Origin: Tubiluchus corallicola
Taxonomy: Eukaryota; Animalia; Priapulida
Direction: 5' to 3'
Length of the DNA: 64,000 nt
Assembly: GCA_030141605.1 (NCBI GenBank)
Contig: JAQGDQ010000876.1
Coordinates: 21,262-85,261 of the forward strand
In this document: piece by piece, positions 49,608 to 64,000 of the stretch
Layout of the letters: each line of letters begins with the position of its first letter
How positions within the stretch are numbered: position 1 is the first letter of the stretch
The notes under the pieces: generated by a model
Seen by the model: the letters and a program-made list of their open reading frames with translations, nothing else
The model's database searches: none
What the model was told of the DNA's origin: nothing
Translations under genes and position numbers: made by a program

Positions 49608-50689
49608 TCTGTGGGCAGGGGCTTTCGCAAAATTGCCTATAAAACCAAAAATGCCACAAAAATTAAAAAAATCTTTTTGGAAAATGACTCTCTTCTAACA
49701 TTATTCCATGAACAGAATTGCCATTTAATTGTGCCATGTTATCACATAGTTTATAAAAAGTTATGCTATGTTATCTGCAAGTTTATAAAAAACTTGTCAT
49801 TGGCACATTCATTTGTACTAACCTTGTCAATGCACCATGTCATGCTGTTACTAATCAGCATCAAGGGATGATGGAGCAACAGAGGTCAAGGAAGCGTTTA
49901 AATATGCCAATGAAATATCTGCATCAAAAAGCTAAATAATGTCCTACTAATTAATGTATTTAGTATGTGCGTGACATTTTTTGCTCTTCAAAGTTTAAAA
50001 GTTTTGTTTGACACCGTCGTTGCTTCATGCCATTCTTAATGCTGATTTCCTTGCTTCTTGCTTATGATGCTACTTGATGCTAAATAGTAGGACTGTCATG
50101 TTGGATTAGACTTGATAAAGTAACCACCATGACAAGGTTAGTTTTGCTATTTTACTTAGTTTTAGCTTAGTTTGACAAACTTGGAAAATTAACCCAATTT
50201 TCCAATAAGAATATGTAATTTGAATATTTGTAGACATTCCCTTACTAAAACTTAAAATAGAGACGTTAGATTTTCACACGTTCCTTCAAAAAGCCGATTA
50301 GATCAATTTATCTCTTTTGTCTGCAGTGTTATTAATAGGACTGCTACGATAATTCGAAACTTGGTACGCTTTATGCCATTCAAAACAGGTGGGATAATAA
50401 TAAGAATCTGTCTGAATTTACTTCATAGCTGCTCTTTTTCCTCCTTCCAACTAGATTCACAACTGCAGTTCGCTAGATTCGCTAGCCAGCTGACTGTAAC
50501 AGTTTAATCATGGATTCTACTCAACCATGACTGTCCTCCTTCAAAAACCGAACTTGTCAAAATGTGTTTGTCTACTAATCCTCAGCTATTTCACTTTTGT
50601 GGATTGTTCGACTGTTCATATGATCAGCAGCAGTATACGTTTTTCCTTTTGAGACGGTATTATCACAACGCCAACTAGTTAGAATTCCT

Positions 50690-51115
<426 letters not shown>

Positions 51116-51280
51116 TTATTTTGATGTGCTACAAAAGAAAAAAAACACAAAGATTAAATGAGACCTTTCAATTAGCTTGCAACATTTCACACTTCCTGCA
51201 AATATTTCTAAGCAGTGCATTATTATTACATTGGTTTTGCTGGTTTTGCACCCTGTTTGTTATATGTGATGGGCTTGTTG

Positions 51281-51282
<2 letters not shown>

Positions 51283-51349
<67 letters not shown>

Positions 51350-51350
51350 G

Positions 51351-51386
<36 letters not shown>

Positions 51387-51524
51387 TCCCTCTCTCTCCC
51401 TCTCTCTCTTTCTTTCTTTCTTCTTCTTCTCTCTTCCTCTCTCCTTCTTCTCCTTCCTTCTCTCCCTCTCTTCTTCTTCTTCTTCTTCTTCTCTCCTCTT
51501 CCTTCTTCTTCCTCCCTCTCTCTC

Positions 51525-51566
<42 letters not shown>
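51283..51566. repeat. (TC)n pyrimidine microsatellite
   Basis: Directly visible. Confidence 0.97.
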
Positions 51567-51658
51567 GCTCTCACTGTTGAAGCCAAATGATGTATTTTAT
51601 TTTTGGAAGTGCTGCAACTTATATATGTTGACTTTCTTGTAATCTTGATAGTGATCAC

Positions 51659-52033
51659 TAGGGGTGAGCATTCTCTACCAGAAAGCGAATTTGAATCGAA
51701 CCGAATTTGTGACTTTCGAATTCGAATCGAACCGAACTTCAGTGTTTCGAATTCGAACCGAATTCGTATTTCGAACCACCACCAAAAATTAGTCTTACAA
51801 AGATCATGCATATCACTAGATGTTGTTCTGCAATAAAACGACTAGTAAGTTCTTTAAAATTGTGTGCAGAAATCACAGCTAAATTATGCTAATTGCATGA
51901 TGTTTCAATCGTTTTAGTGATCAAGAACATATGTGATTGAAGTGCTGAATTATTCGTATCTATAGTTTTGGATTCGAATCGAGTTTGACCTAAAAAAACT
52001 CGTTCGAACTCGAGCGTTCGATGCTCACCTCTA
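51659..52033. mobile_element. hAT-like MITE family D
   Basis: TIR taggggtgagcat...atgctcacctcta; perfect 8-bp TSD GTGATCAC. Confidence 0.88.
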
Positions 52034-52555
52034 GTGATCACTGTAATTAGTACCAGGTGTTCTTACACTTTAATTTCGAACCTGGTGGCTAAATAATGTA
52101 ATCTGATAAATTTCTTACATTTCTGTTTATTGATCTTTTGTGGCCTCTAGTATATCAAATTTGTTCATTGCCAGAATTAGAATGTGAGAATATGTCCTTG
52201 CTTAACAATAGTCAGATGAATTGTTTAGGCCATTTCTACCGAAAACTGTAATGGAATAGCAATTGGAGAATGGGAAGTAACGTTTTCATTGTTCCGTAAC
52301 AGTGACAAAGAGAGATGGTTTCATTTTTAAAACCGGCACTTGTAAGATGCTGGTTAACTGCAGTCAATTATTAAATTTTGTGAAACTCCAGATTCGTTTT
52401 ATCGATTTTAAAAACTTCCTGTCTTTTGCCTTGTCCAGATAACCAGTCTTCTATTCATGGATTTACTTGTCTGAGAATTTCTTTTTGCCCATCTATTGTT
52501 GTTCGTGTAATCGTTTGCTTATTTGCGTCTTGCAAAGTTAGGAGAAGCAAAGTGC

Positions 52556-53181
<626 letters not shown>

Positions 53182-53419
53182 AGTATGCCAGCAAAGCAAT
53201 TTAGCTGGTTTTGCTGTTTTATTGCAATGTAACTCAGCCTACATTTATAAACATCAAGATCATCCGCCAATATTTCTTATTGCTGTTTATTACTCCATTA
53301 ATGATAAATGCATCCTAATAATGAATAATTTGCTAGTTTGATAGTTAGGCATATTCAGTCATTTGAATAAACAGAAATTACAAGTTAAGTGAGGTAGTTC
53401 ATTCCATGTCAGACTGTTT

Positions 53420-53700
53420 ATCTTGCGCATGCTCACTATTAACAAGTACAGCATTAGTCTATAATAATTAAAAAAACATAGTTGTATACTTAAGTGTCTT
53501 ATATCAGGGCTGTCTTTTCCTCGTTTTCATGTTGTGTTCAAATCATTTATAACCTGTCGAACTTCGTTATTTCGTTGATCTAAGTAACATGGCTGCAATA
53601 AATGAAGCCTGTGTGGTCACGTGATGTCTGCTTGTTGAAGCCGTGCAGTCACGTGATCTGGCTCAGGTTTTGTGTGTGTGGCGCAGCGTGTGTGATTGCC
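53420..53700. promoter_or_regulatory. Candidate promoter of the nested INAFM gene
   Basis: Two GTCACGTGA E-boxes (~53616, ~53648) and NRF1-like TGCGCATGC (~53424), upstream of INAFM on the minus strand. Confidence 0.3.
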
Positions 53701-54089
53701 ATTACGAACTTAACCACAGAGTTCAACAAACCCGCTTTGCGATCATGCCGCATTTATGAGTGAACTTAACTGGGAAAGTTCATAAGGAATTTGACCATAA
53801 AAAACGATGTTGGCGAAACTTGAATGAGCTTTAAAAACGTAGTTGAGGAGGAAATAATCCTTCATTGATTTTATGCATAAATAGTTTCATTGTCAATAAA
53901 CTCATTTTGTTCTGTGAATAAAATATAGTGCAGCCAGCGTCAACAGAATGGGCTTAATTCAGATGTAAGACGTATTTATTTCATACATGAAGTGCAATAC
54001 AAATTAGCCAATAATGAGTCTATTTTTATAGAAGAAAATATGTGAGGCCAGTGTACGACTGAAAGAGTCTTAAAAACACTGCCCTTATA

Positions 54090-54570
54090 TGTTGTTCATT
54101 TCCAGAATTTAGTTTTGGTGGTTTGCACTATGTGAGACAATGTGAAAAAATACGTTTTTGAATTGACTCTTGTACCTTGAAAAAATACGTTTTTTGAATT
54201 GACTCTTGTATCTTTGTCTAATGTTAGAGAAGTATACCATGCAGAACAAGCGTATTCCAGTTTTGGTCTTATTAAAGTACAGTAGACAGTAATCATATCA
54301 TTCTGAGAAATACCTGCTTTCTTTAAAAGTCTTATTAAGTAAATACGTTTGCAGGCTTTTTTGTGCGCCTCTTAAACATTTACAATTTTACATTACCAGT
54401 TATCAGAGATATGGACACCTAGTAGTTTGACGGAATTGACTCTTTTAACACTTTCACCATTAATAGTAACAGGAGGAATATTTGTTTCAAGTCTGGAATA
54501 CACATTTCTTTAAATTCAGAGCTATTAAATTTCATATTGTTTAATTTGGCCCATTCCATTGTTCCAAGAT
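54090..54570 (-). mobile_element. Decayed CR1/L2-clade LINE RT fragment
   Basis: Remnants WAKLNNMKFN and KACKRIYLIRLLKKAG...VYCTLIRPKLEYACSAW, with frameshifts. Confidence 0.75.
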
Positions 54571-54665
54571 TTGGCATTAGTAAACAATTTTGAGTTATCC
54601 AATTAGGCATTTTGTTTGAAAACAAATGCAATTGCTAAAAAGGTTTTTATTTCTCTTAATATACA

Positions 54666-55399
54666 CTAGCAAAGGCCCCGCAAAAAATTTTGAGTATAAA
54701 TTCACTTATAATGAACAATGCGCGAACATCCTACATAGTTATCATTTATAACGCATCCTAACGCAAAGCCAGTAGCAGCTTTTACTGAATTAAAGTTATA
54801 GGCAGAGTATAGTGCATGACATCACAACAATGGCTGTGCGTCAGCAGTTTTTCAAGCGAAAATTGCCGAAAATAGAACATTTAATTAACTCGTCGGTACT
54901 CCTTTTGGTGGACGTGTCCTAAAATATAGCCCACACCATTGTGTAGCCCTGTTCTTCCTCTTTCTAAAGATCTATATAACTCTTTCCGAGAGTCCTACCA
55001 GGCGCCACTAGAACGTTTTTTCCACCTGCTGTTTGGTCAAAATTTCGAAAAAATCGCGAGTTGGGTCCAGGAAAACGCCCGTTACGGGACTCCGTGGCCC
55101 TCTCGCAAATTCTAAATATGCCTATGACACCCACCGCTGAACGGGCGATCTATCCATAGCCAGCAATTCCCATGGCCCATTCCAGTTCTCCAGAAATAAG
55201 AGGTATAAGTTTTACAAAAAACGTCCGAAAAATGGCCATTTTTGGAGGTTTTTGCCCCTCGTTCGTCCCGGTGGGCCCGAAGCAAAAAATAAACCCCCAA
55301 TGGCGCGACACTTTCGTTTGATGTATAAATCTCTGCAAATGGTGCCACCATCCGAGCTGTAGCCTCGAATCTTATATGTATATCTATATATATATATAT
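54666..55399 (-). mobile_element. Helitron-like element copy 3 (longest)
   Basis: Reverse complement of the copies at 29571 and 45240; (TA)n 5' end, CTAG|T 3' end. Confidence 0.75.
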
Positions 55400-55608
55400 A
55401 CCATCGAAATTAATATTTCCTTTAATATACATGCAGTATATTAAAATACTGGAATTCTTTTCAATGTTCTGTCACTTTTCCAAATGTATATGTACAAATA
55501 AATGTATTTATACAAGTAGACAATTGTAAAAAGTATGTCTTTTGTGTGCAGGAAACCTTCACTGCCGAGCGATGATAAATATCACTCATTTTTTAAATTT
55601 CTTATTAG

Positions 55609-55772
55609 CTGCAGTTTTAGAAAACCTTTGTGCTCTCTCGGCTGGTGAATATCTTATCAATCATGGCGCTGGTGAAGCACATTTCCGGATTTATCGGTCA
55701 GTTGAGACGAATAAACGTGGTGCTTATAATGTTCATGAGGCTTATGGGGTATCAAAGGCAGATGCAAATCAG
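55609..55772 (+). CDS. ICE2: ICE2/NARG2, exon 5 (alternative in-frame acceptors at 55552 and 55615 possible)
   Basis: AVLENLCALSAGEYLINHGAGEAHFRIYRS...AYNVHEAY; 5' boundary uncertain. Confidence 0.8.
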
Positions 55773-56722
55773 GTAAAAAATTATTGCACTGACTTTACTT
55801 TGCACTCAAATATAAACGTATTTGTATTATAACATAACAAATTACAATATGTAGCTAGAACAAAGCAATTTTATAACTGATGAATGTTCTTGATAATGAA
55901 AAGTAACGGCTCGAAGAGTGCAGAATTTTACTATGAATAGTAGTCTCATCGCAGTATGACTAATAGCAGTATAGATACATGTGTAAGATAATGTTAAAAA
56001 TAACATTAAGATTACTGTGAATAATGGATATTATGGATATTGGTTTAAGACCTGTCTCACAGAGTGTATTGTCATGACTGGTTTCAGACATTCTGCCTGT
56101 ACAAATTTTAGCTGCATTTCATTGACTATTTTAAAACCGAACCAGAGAACAGCTACCGCAGCCAGGCCACACAATATTATCATATTCAATGGCTGCCATT
56201 GGCATAATACTTTTAAATAAATGCTCACATGTCGAAAAAGGCGTTGTTTCGAGATACACACTTTTAATAGAGCTGCAACAATTAAACCATTAACACTATA
56301 GTAACATTTTGGTGAATTACTGAGGTTCAACAAACTTAATTTGTTTCCATTGTTATGCCTTACTGTGAATGTTCTGTGTAAATGCATTAGGCGTTATGCA
56401 TTGTTCGATATAATTTATACTCTTATATGGCATGTATTTTTATACTTTTTTCGTAACTTTGAAAATCCCCCCTTCTAAGATCTGGTAATTATAAAACTAG
56501 TGAGATCTACTTTCTGGTAAACGATATAGTTGTCTGTGTTTTCTACATGTTAAGCTCTCTATTATTTACTGAAATTTTTGCACCAAAATGTCCCACTTGT
56601 CATTATTGCAATTATTGTGTTAGAGATTGGTCTATGTTCCCTTTCTAGGAACAAACATACTAGTGTGCTTTTTTGGCACCTCTTCAGTCGTTTAAAAAAT
56701 TATTACCTCATTTATTGATTGC

Positions 56723-57193
56723 CAGGGCCATCTTAACGCATGGACACACTGGGCAGTTGTCTAGGTGGCTCAGTTCTAATCTATGTATGTTGCGACTTGC
56801 AGTGAAATATATAAATACTATACTATACTCAGCTATAAATATTTTTTATTGTGTTACAAGTGGACATTGCCATTCCTCATTAATTTAGTATGATTTAGTC
56901 ACGCATTATGGGTGTGCATTTCACGTGCTACATAACGTTAAAGCGTATGCATATCCTAACATCATTTCAGCTCTCTTGACAGTTAACATCAGTGGTATCG
57001 GTTATATTTATGCGTCATTGGTTAGATATTGAATCTGAGATTCATTAGGAATACTTGTTGGATAAGCAGTGTGACTGGTTCTGTAGGTAGGGGCCCTAGT
57101 ACACTGCTTTGCCCGGGAGCTACGCTGCTGCTTTGCCCGGGAGCTACGCTGCTGCTTTGCTCGGGAGCCTATAATGCTGGTAAGATGACACTG
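56723..57193. mobile_element. Degenerate hAT-like MITE
   Basis: Imperfect TIR cagggccatctta/taagatgacactg; 8-bp flanks ttgattgc/ttgcttgc; internal 24-bp repeat. Confidence 0.6.
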
Positions 57194-57247
57194 TTGCTTG
57201 CTGATCAAAATTTAATAATTCATGAAATCATGTTTCTCTTTTAACAG

Positions 57248-57502
57248 GCCAAATTGCCTTTTGAAGCTGACGTAATTCCATCCGAACCTCCGTGGCTTCC
57301 ACTAGATCCGAACATCATGCTGCCGCATCATATTCAACAAAGTCGAATACCCTGCACATTTGACCCTGCTGATAGTGAACTTCATGGATTCAAGAATGGA
57401 CTGCAGCAAGGAGGAGGCCAACAAGATGGGCGTCGTCGTAGTGCCAGACAATTTCTCAGAAAAAGGAAATCGAAAAAGAAGAAAAATGCAAGAAAACAAT
57501 GA
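57248..57502 (+). CDS. ICE2: ICE2/NARG2, last exon
   Basis: PPWLPLDPNIMLPHHIQQSRIPCTFDP matches the ICE2 C-terminal motif PWVPLDP...RIPCTF; basic NLS-like tail; AATAAA at ~58088. Confidence 0.9.
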   Translation, partial: AKLPFEADVIPSEPPWLPLDPNIMLPHHIQQSRIPCTFDPADSELHGFKNGLQQGGGQQDGRRRSARQFLRKRKSKKKKNARKQ

Positions 57503-58922
57503 TTTCGTTTTTTAGTTGAGCGAGTGTCACACATTAATCTAGGAAGCCAGTGATGTCCACCATTCTGAAAAGGGATTGGTGAGAAATATTGTAACACGTC
57601 CATGTTCCAGGAATTGTTATATGGGCCTAGTGCTACCAGGCCAAAGTCAAAATAAAATGTGGCTTCTTGCATTGTACAGTACCAGAGTTGTCACTAGTTA
57701 AAGTTACAAAACAGTATATCGGGTATATTTGATTGGTATGCTTGTGTGATATTACTTATGAGACACTTATGGTGCGAATACTTTGTGTTATTTAATATAA
57801 GTGTTTGCTATTATGTTATTTGCTTACTGCCTTTGCATTGTTTTCAAATTTGTACAGTTATGCGTTCAATTTGTGTTGCTTGCTGTATTCGTTTTATAAA
57901 ATACCAGTACTACAGACTTTTTCTTTAAAGAAAAGCTATGTTTAGGAGAAAAGAAATATTTAAAGAATTGTAAGGAAGAGAAAGTGAGCTAGTGGTTATT
58001 TGGTGACAGGAGGTTTATCTAACAGCTTTTTTAAAAAAGGTATAGCTTTATTTGTATTTATTGGAATGATATTATTACATTTGCTGTAATAAATGTTAAA
58101 TGGAAAAATAGCTGCTTCTGATATCTGTTAAAAAATTATAAATGAAGTTGTTTCATCTCTGTCATTGTTACTTGTTTGAAAAGCTTTAGCTAGTTGAAAA
58201 GAAAATAATGCAAAATAAATTAAAATTACTTAGTAATAATAAATTAGTTCCATTGCACCAGCATAAGATGGCATTGTGACATCAGGGATGGTATGCTTAC
58301 TGCAGTAGCTCAGAAACATACTTATGATTAAACTGCTGACAAAGGGGCAAAAATTTGAACCAGCAGCCTTAGGGCCTGGCAATACCAGGTAGTACTGTCC
58401 TACGTCTATTTGTGCTATATTTTATAAAACATTCGATTAGATTAGATTTTGTTATACAATGCCAATGTGTACATGTACATATATATAGAACAATAATTAT
58501 GTAAAAATACAAAATTTATAAATCACCACCACATGAAGACACATCAATACTATAAAAAAGTCCACATTTCACAGATCATAGGCTCTGTTTTATTTTTATT
58601 TACTTGATCAGAAATGGAACTTGATCCTATTGCCATTGCTGTAGTCGCCAGCAGTTATCATAAACTGCTTTGAATGAAGTGCAGCTTCGTGATGAAGAAT
58701 TCCGGTGCTGATTTAGGAAGAAATCTGCAAAAGCAAGTTGAACTGTTATGACGTTCGTTATTACACAGCAGGTATCTTTCTGTTTTAATTCCACGATAAA
58801 AATGTTGCAGTCAACTGATATCTTAAGACTGTTTGGCCTGGGAGCTTTACGGTTCTTTGGTTAGATAACGGTGTATGTTTCATTTTAACGACATTTTTTG
58901 TGTGTAGTTGTAAGCTCATACC

Positions 58923-59642
58923 GGCGCTATTACACTTTCGCACCGCCTAGCTTTTTATAGGTTATTACTCGTTTTTAGGCTCGTAAGTCATCATTCTATT
59001 ATTCTTACGTCATCAGTGAATGTTTCCGCTAATCTAATTGTAATTTAATCTTATTTAGGCATAATTACCAATAATTACGCTGTATTCACAGTTCGACACA
59101 GTATCGCCATCTTGTTTGTGTGTGTGGTCACGTGACGAATTTCGTACTAGTTTATGCATTATCAGGGCCTAGCTTAAAAGGCACGTGACACACTTTCATC
59201 TTCACCGCATTTACGAAATAAAGAAAAAACCTTTACTTTTTTATAATCTAGTGATAATACTACAGTAATAAATAAAATTAATGATAAATAACTGTAGTGG
59301 TCTAAAATAATTTCCCGCGATACGATACAAACTCCCGTAGCTGCAACCCTAATAATCATAAATTATGCGAAGAAACTAAAAATACAGGTTAAGGGCCACT
59401 CACGTCACTGCGCGAGAGCGATTGCGCAGCAGTGATGTAAACACGGTTATTCACGTGCAGCTTTTAATGGCGGCAGTAGGTAAGTAATGCATGATTTTAA
59501 TCTGGACTTATAAAGCGTAAAAAGCAATAATATTATGGAAATATGGTGTATATTACGCCTGTTGGTCTGCTTTCTGGCCTGCAGGCGTGAAAACAACCAA
59601 TAGGCCAGGAAAAGCTAGGCGGTGCGAAAGTGTAATAGCGCC
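58923..59642. mobile_element. Non-autonomous DNA transposon with 9-bp TSD (MULE- or Merlin-like)
   Basis: Perfect 33-bp TIR ggcgctattacactttcgcaccgcctagctttt; perfect TSD GCTCATACC (58914-58922, 59643-59651). Confidence 0.88.
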
Positions 59643-61207
59643 GCTCATACCATTGCTTGTTCTTTATAATATATTGTGTAACGCTGTAGCGCTGCTAGTA
59701 TCTTCATTACAGACATAAAGCATATCTTTGTGTCCCACTAGTTAAAATCTGCTAAGTGCTACAGCTGTCTGTTAAGCAAGGTCAATGTACGTTTCACCAT
59801 CTGAGCGAGTGTAACTTTATAATATTTTGCCAAAACCTGTTCCCATAGCAACTGCGTGTAGACGGTTTGGCAACCCAGAGCTTAGCCTTGATTTTGTTGT
59901 GCTCATTGAAATAGTTTAAGCTTCAAAGGTATAGTGTGTAGTGCGTTAAACTTGGCCAATGAAAGCTAACGTAGTACAATATGTAGTTGCTTTTATCTTT
60001 TGCCATGGTTTTGGTAAGCAAATCATTTAAAATCATGGGTATTAAAACTCAAGACGTTTAGTGTACATAAGCTAAGGAATGCAGATTTTTGTGCAAGGTT
60101 TGAATAAGAATGCATCTCGACACTTGCACATATTTTCGTTTAGCTACGCATTTTGTTGAATACACATTATGCACTAGAAGAATGCGTTTATACTTCATAC
60201 AAAGTTTATCTTATAAGATCAGTGTATGAAAGGTAATAAATTTAGGCGAGAAATTTTTTTTCTTGCAAGCTTGTTATAAATTTTGCAAAGCAGTTGATAC
60301 GGAGCTTTGCAACAACATCCTCAACATTGATTAGATTGTGCATTTCATTTTTACGTTCTAGTAATATTTTCTGGTCACCTCAAATTCTATAAATTTCAAG
60401 AGTAGTTATAATTCATTAAAAGTTTGCCAATTAAACCATAAACTGCTGGTGACAACTGTGAGTTTCTCACTTTCTGTCAGTGAAGTTAGTGGAAATCACA
60501 AGGTGATAAAATTTTCGACCATTAGCTCACTTATTCACTCTGTTGGCCACATCTTTTAATTCCAGAAGAATTTATCCAACTGAGTTAAAATTTGGTATGA
60601 TGATTAGTTTGGATCATTGTATTAACGTTAATCCCAGTTTACAACATTAACATTTATCTTTGCAAGCCTTGATGCTCTGATATTTTTATTTACACCTCTT
60701 ATGTAAGCTATAATGTAGCAAACCAGGTAAAATGTAAATTTACCAAATTTTTAATATTGTTCCTGAATGCAAAGCTATAAGTTTTTTGCTGGATATTATT
60801 CTTGTATATTTAATCCGTAATTGGCAGTTTTATATTGGGCAACCATGTTGTTCAAAGTCTCAATTTTGTTTGTTTGATTTGTATGATAAATAAATTTATT
60901 TTAGTTTTGATTTTTTGAAGCAAAGGCTTGCTTAACTAAGATTAGTTATTTAACTAATTAATTCTCATCTTGACTCTGTACAGGGTTCATTCCTTTTGTA
61001 TTCTTTGCATAACTTTACTGATCTTATTATCTTAGGTTATGTGTCCAATAAGTCTGTCCAGATATGTACAAGAACTAAATTCTTTCCGTCTGAAGTTTTT
61101 TGTTGCAAAAACTGTATCCAGTAAGCACGTATGCAATGGAAAAGCATCAAAACAAAATCTGTGGTTTTTTAAAATTATATATCAGGAATGAAAAGAAGGA
61201 TTATATA

Positions 61208-61800
61208 CAGGCTGCATAAGATTATGGATATCCATAAAATAAGACCAAAAATCCATAAAATAAAATTTGAAAAATCCATAAAATAAATGCATAAAATTAA
61301 AAAATATTTTTTTTTGTGATTTTTTGTACAAAGTAACGAGTTGTAAGCATTGGCAACACTGAAAACGAACGTTAGAAGGAGAGAAAGAAAACAAACCAAC
61401 AAAAGCGAATTTCCGGATTTGTTATTTTACATTGTTTTTTTTCTCATTGTCTTTTTGTTATCAAGATGGCGAAGTTTCAACCAAAGCATGAGCTGGAGTT
61501 CGGTCTGAAACTAACTGAGAGAGACCCAACCACCAGAGACGTAAAATTTGATGAAATTTGAAGTGATATGAAACTGATAAAATCAAAACGAAACCGATAA
61601 AATTAAAACTAAGTCCTGCATGTTTAAAAATATGTTTCAAGCACTCCTGTTTTTACTTTTTAATTGATTTCCCCCTGGGCATCTCGTTCCAGATATAGTC
61701 TATTTCTTATTTTATTGATATCCTTAAAACAAAATTTCAAAAATCCATAAAATAAGCTATTTTATTTATTTTATACGTACCCATAATCTTATGCACCCTG
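61208..61800 (+). mobile_element. hAT-like non-autonomous element
   Basis: TIR caggstgcataagattatgg; perfect 8-bp TSD ATTATATA; short ORF remnant MAKFQPKHELEFGLKLTERDPTTRDVK. Confidence 0.82.
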
Positions 61801-62089
61801 ATTATATAGGATGAAAAGATGTTTTAATTAATTACTTATTGATTTATTGAATTTATATCTTACGATTTATGAAAAATTAGTGTACATATTAGAATATTTT
61901 TTGTGCTTAAGACATTTTAAATTGATTTCCTTAAATTACCTCATTTTAAATCACAAAAAGTTTATCGCTGAATATTGATATTAGGATTAAACTGTTTGTG
62001 ATAAAAAATGAATGACTTGATTTGTTATACTGCAGATTTCCTCTCTTGCTTTCATATTTTCAAAGTATGTCTAGCATTTTTGAAATATA

Positions 62090-62648
62090 GACGGAAGATA
62101 ATGGCATTATCAGCTTACTGAAAACACACAAAAGTTTTTGAGAACAGGAAGGTTTCTTTGGAAACAAAAATCAGAATATTCTCAGCCTTAGTTGAAACTG
62201 TATTTCTGTATAACTCTGAGCTCTGGACATTAAAAGCAAATCATAAAGCTGAAATCGATGCATTTCAAAGGCGAAATTACAGAAACATTTTGGGTATTAG
62301 ATGGCCAAAGAAAATTTCAAACGAAGATTTATATGAAAAAATATAAGAAGAACCTTGGACAAGAAAAATAAAAAGACGCCGTTTAAGATGGATTGGGCAT
62401 ATGCTTAGACTGCCTGATGATATTCCAGTGAAGATAGCTCTTCAACAAGCCATAGAACCAGCTAAAAAACCTGCAGGAGGACAAATGTTAACATATTTAG
62501 ATTTTGCACACAAAGACTTAAACACTTCAGCATTGATCCTTAGAAATAAATCCTTGGGGCATTGCGGCGTGTAGGGAATCCTGGCATAGGGAGGTGAGCA
62601 GAATCATGTCACTGGACGTATGATTCATTGGATGATGATGATGATGAT
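62090..62648 (+). mobile_element. 5'-truncated RTE-like LINE with (GAT)n tail
   Basis: ETKIRIFSALVETVFLYNSELWTL...RRRLRWIGHMLRLP with an internal stop; same family as 12153-12452. Confidence 0.85.
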
Positions 62649-62715
62649 CTACCATTTTTAAGTAATTAAGTACGATGTTTGTTTGTGTAGGTGATTAATT
62701 TGAAAATTCATCCAG

Positions 62716-62798
62716 ATGTCTCAAAAAAACACGGAAGAGCTTAGTCTGCCTCGAGGGCTAATTAACAGGACAGGAAGTGCTACAGGAAGAGGTACAAG
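62716..62798 (+). CDS. Candidate first coding exon of an unidentified gene (exon 62691-62798)
   Basis: tgtttgtgtag acceptor, AAG|gtatga donor; MSQKNTEELSLPRGLINRTGSATGRGTR; in-frame stops upstream of ATG; family not recognised. Confidence 0.4.
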
Positions 62799-64000
62799 GT
62801 ATGACCGTTTGGTTGGATGATTTGGATCCCACATAACTCTTTCCCTATAGTACTTTTACTTTTGCAAAGTACTTGCTTTTTCATTGATAAACTTCTTTGA
62901 TTGTGGGCATCTCATTGCGCAATCTCAGAGACATTTTTAATTTTTTCATTTAATGTTTTAACTGTAATTTTTGTTAAATGAACCCAGTCTTATACATTGT
63001 AAACATATTTGTAGAATTCATAACAGTTCTAACATGTAATGTGATTTATTCTGCTATTTTTTTATTTTCACGTTTTTTTTAGTTTTTCACGTTGGAATGG
63101 ATTTTTTGTGCTTATAATCAGTGTGCAGCTTTGCTAACGATGTCTTTGTTCAAATCAAGAGAGTAAAAGGACGGGAAATAATATTTCGTGTTTTGCTTTC
63201 TTATATTGTTTTAATAAAATTAGTTATCCACTGCAGTACAATGTGCAGTAAATCTATGCAATTCTTTATTCTCAGTTTTAGGAACTTTTTACTATAACTA
63301 TTTATTAAGTACTGATTATGAGGTTTGTGTATGTAAGGGAGCTGCATACAAAGGCTGCATTACTATGTATTGTGCAGCCTGCATACAGAAAAGTGCAATG
63401 TATTAGGTAGTTTATGTATAAAAACTGTATACTTCAGTAACTTCATGTAATGTATCAAGCTGTGTGCTATGTACAGTATACCTTGCGTTTCTTATTCTAA
63501 CTCTAATGAGCTGCAAATGATTAAGGACCAATGCTGACACATTCATTGCTGAGAATAATGGCGTGATATAAGTCATAAGTCATTTATTTCACATTACACA
63601 TTTACAATAGTTTCATGTGCAATATATAGTGAAAGGGCCTACAATGAACATAATACAAATAAGAAATACTGCACAGGAAAAGCCTCAGACACTGTTCACC
63701 TATATAGAAATGTAAATGTGCTGCGGGCAATCAAAAAGCAGGTCTTGTTAGATTGTCCCAAACAGTGAAAGAAAAAAAGTAATGGAAATAATCTGAAAAT
63801 TTAAAGTGAATGGTATGATAAAGAAAAAAATTGGTGCTTAAAATGGAATGATGTAATGAATGAGGTCATATATGAGAATATTATTTCTTATTAATAGCTA
63901 ATCAAACATTGTACATAATTAAGATTATGTATCGTAGATTACCATCACTAAGGTCACCCCGTGATTTGACACTTGGTGGCATACAGAAGAAGACATTTAC

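Noticed and set aside
50327-50365. Extra ICE2 exon after a strong pyrimidine tract and CAG
   Set aside because: In-frame stop in the required phase; the protein is continuous without it.
59467-62698. MAAVGD uORF as equivalent of the AMD1 MAGDIS peptide
   Set aside because: The sequence differs, the downstream exon does not resemble AdoMetDC, and the ATG lies in a young transposon.

Overview
AT-rich, intron-rich eukaryotic DNA, most likely an invertebrate animal; the taxon cannot be fixed from sequence alone. It is not prokaryotic and has no CRISPR array. I reconstructed exons by hand from splice sites and reading frame. The window holds the 5' part of a KLHL2/KLHL3/kelch-type BTB-BACK-Kelch gene (minus strand, 9 coding exons, running off the left edge) head-to-head with a complete 11-coding-exon hnRNP F/H-family gene (plus strand, 497 aa). 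Next is a 6-exon ICE2/NARG2 gene (plus strand, about 850 aa) with a small InaF-motif gene nested antisense in its long intron 4. Candidate 5' exons of an unidentified gene lie at the right edge. Introns are packed with MITEs (hAT-, pogo-, piggyBac-, MULE/Merlin-like), Helitron ends, RTE/CR1-type LINE fragments, SINEs and tandem arrays of 21, 43, 51, 81 and 100 bp. The most notable observations are: (1) a 139-nt frameshifting hnRNP F/H exon with G-run splice sites that looks like the vertebrate HNRNPH1 autoregulatory NMD switch; (2) an inverted pair of Penelope-type minimal hammerhead ribozyme motifs enclosing a satellite inside an hnRNP intron; (3) a 5S rRNA-headed SINE with a perfect TSD; (4) a piggyBac MITE whose duplicated right end brackets a 21-bp satellite; (5) a young transposon with a 9-bp TSD carrying promoter- and first-exon-like sequence in front of the downstream gene. 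Family assignments come from recalled motifs, not database searches.
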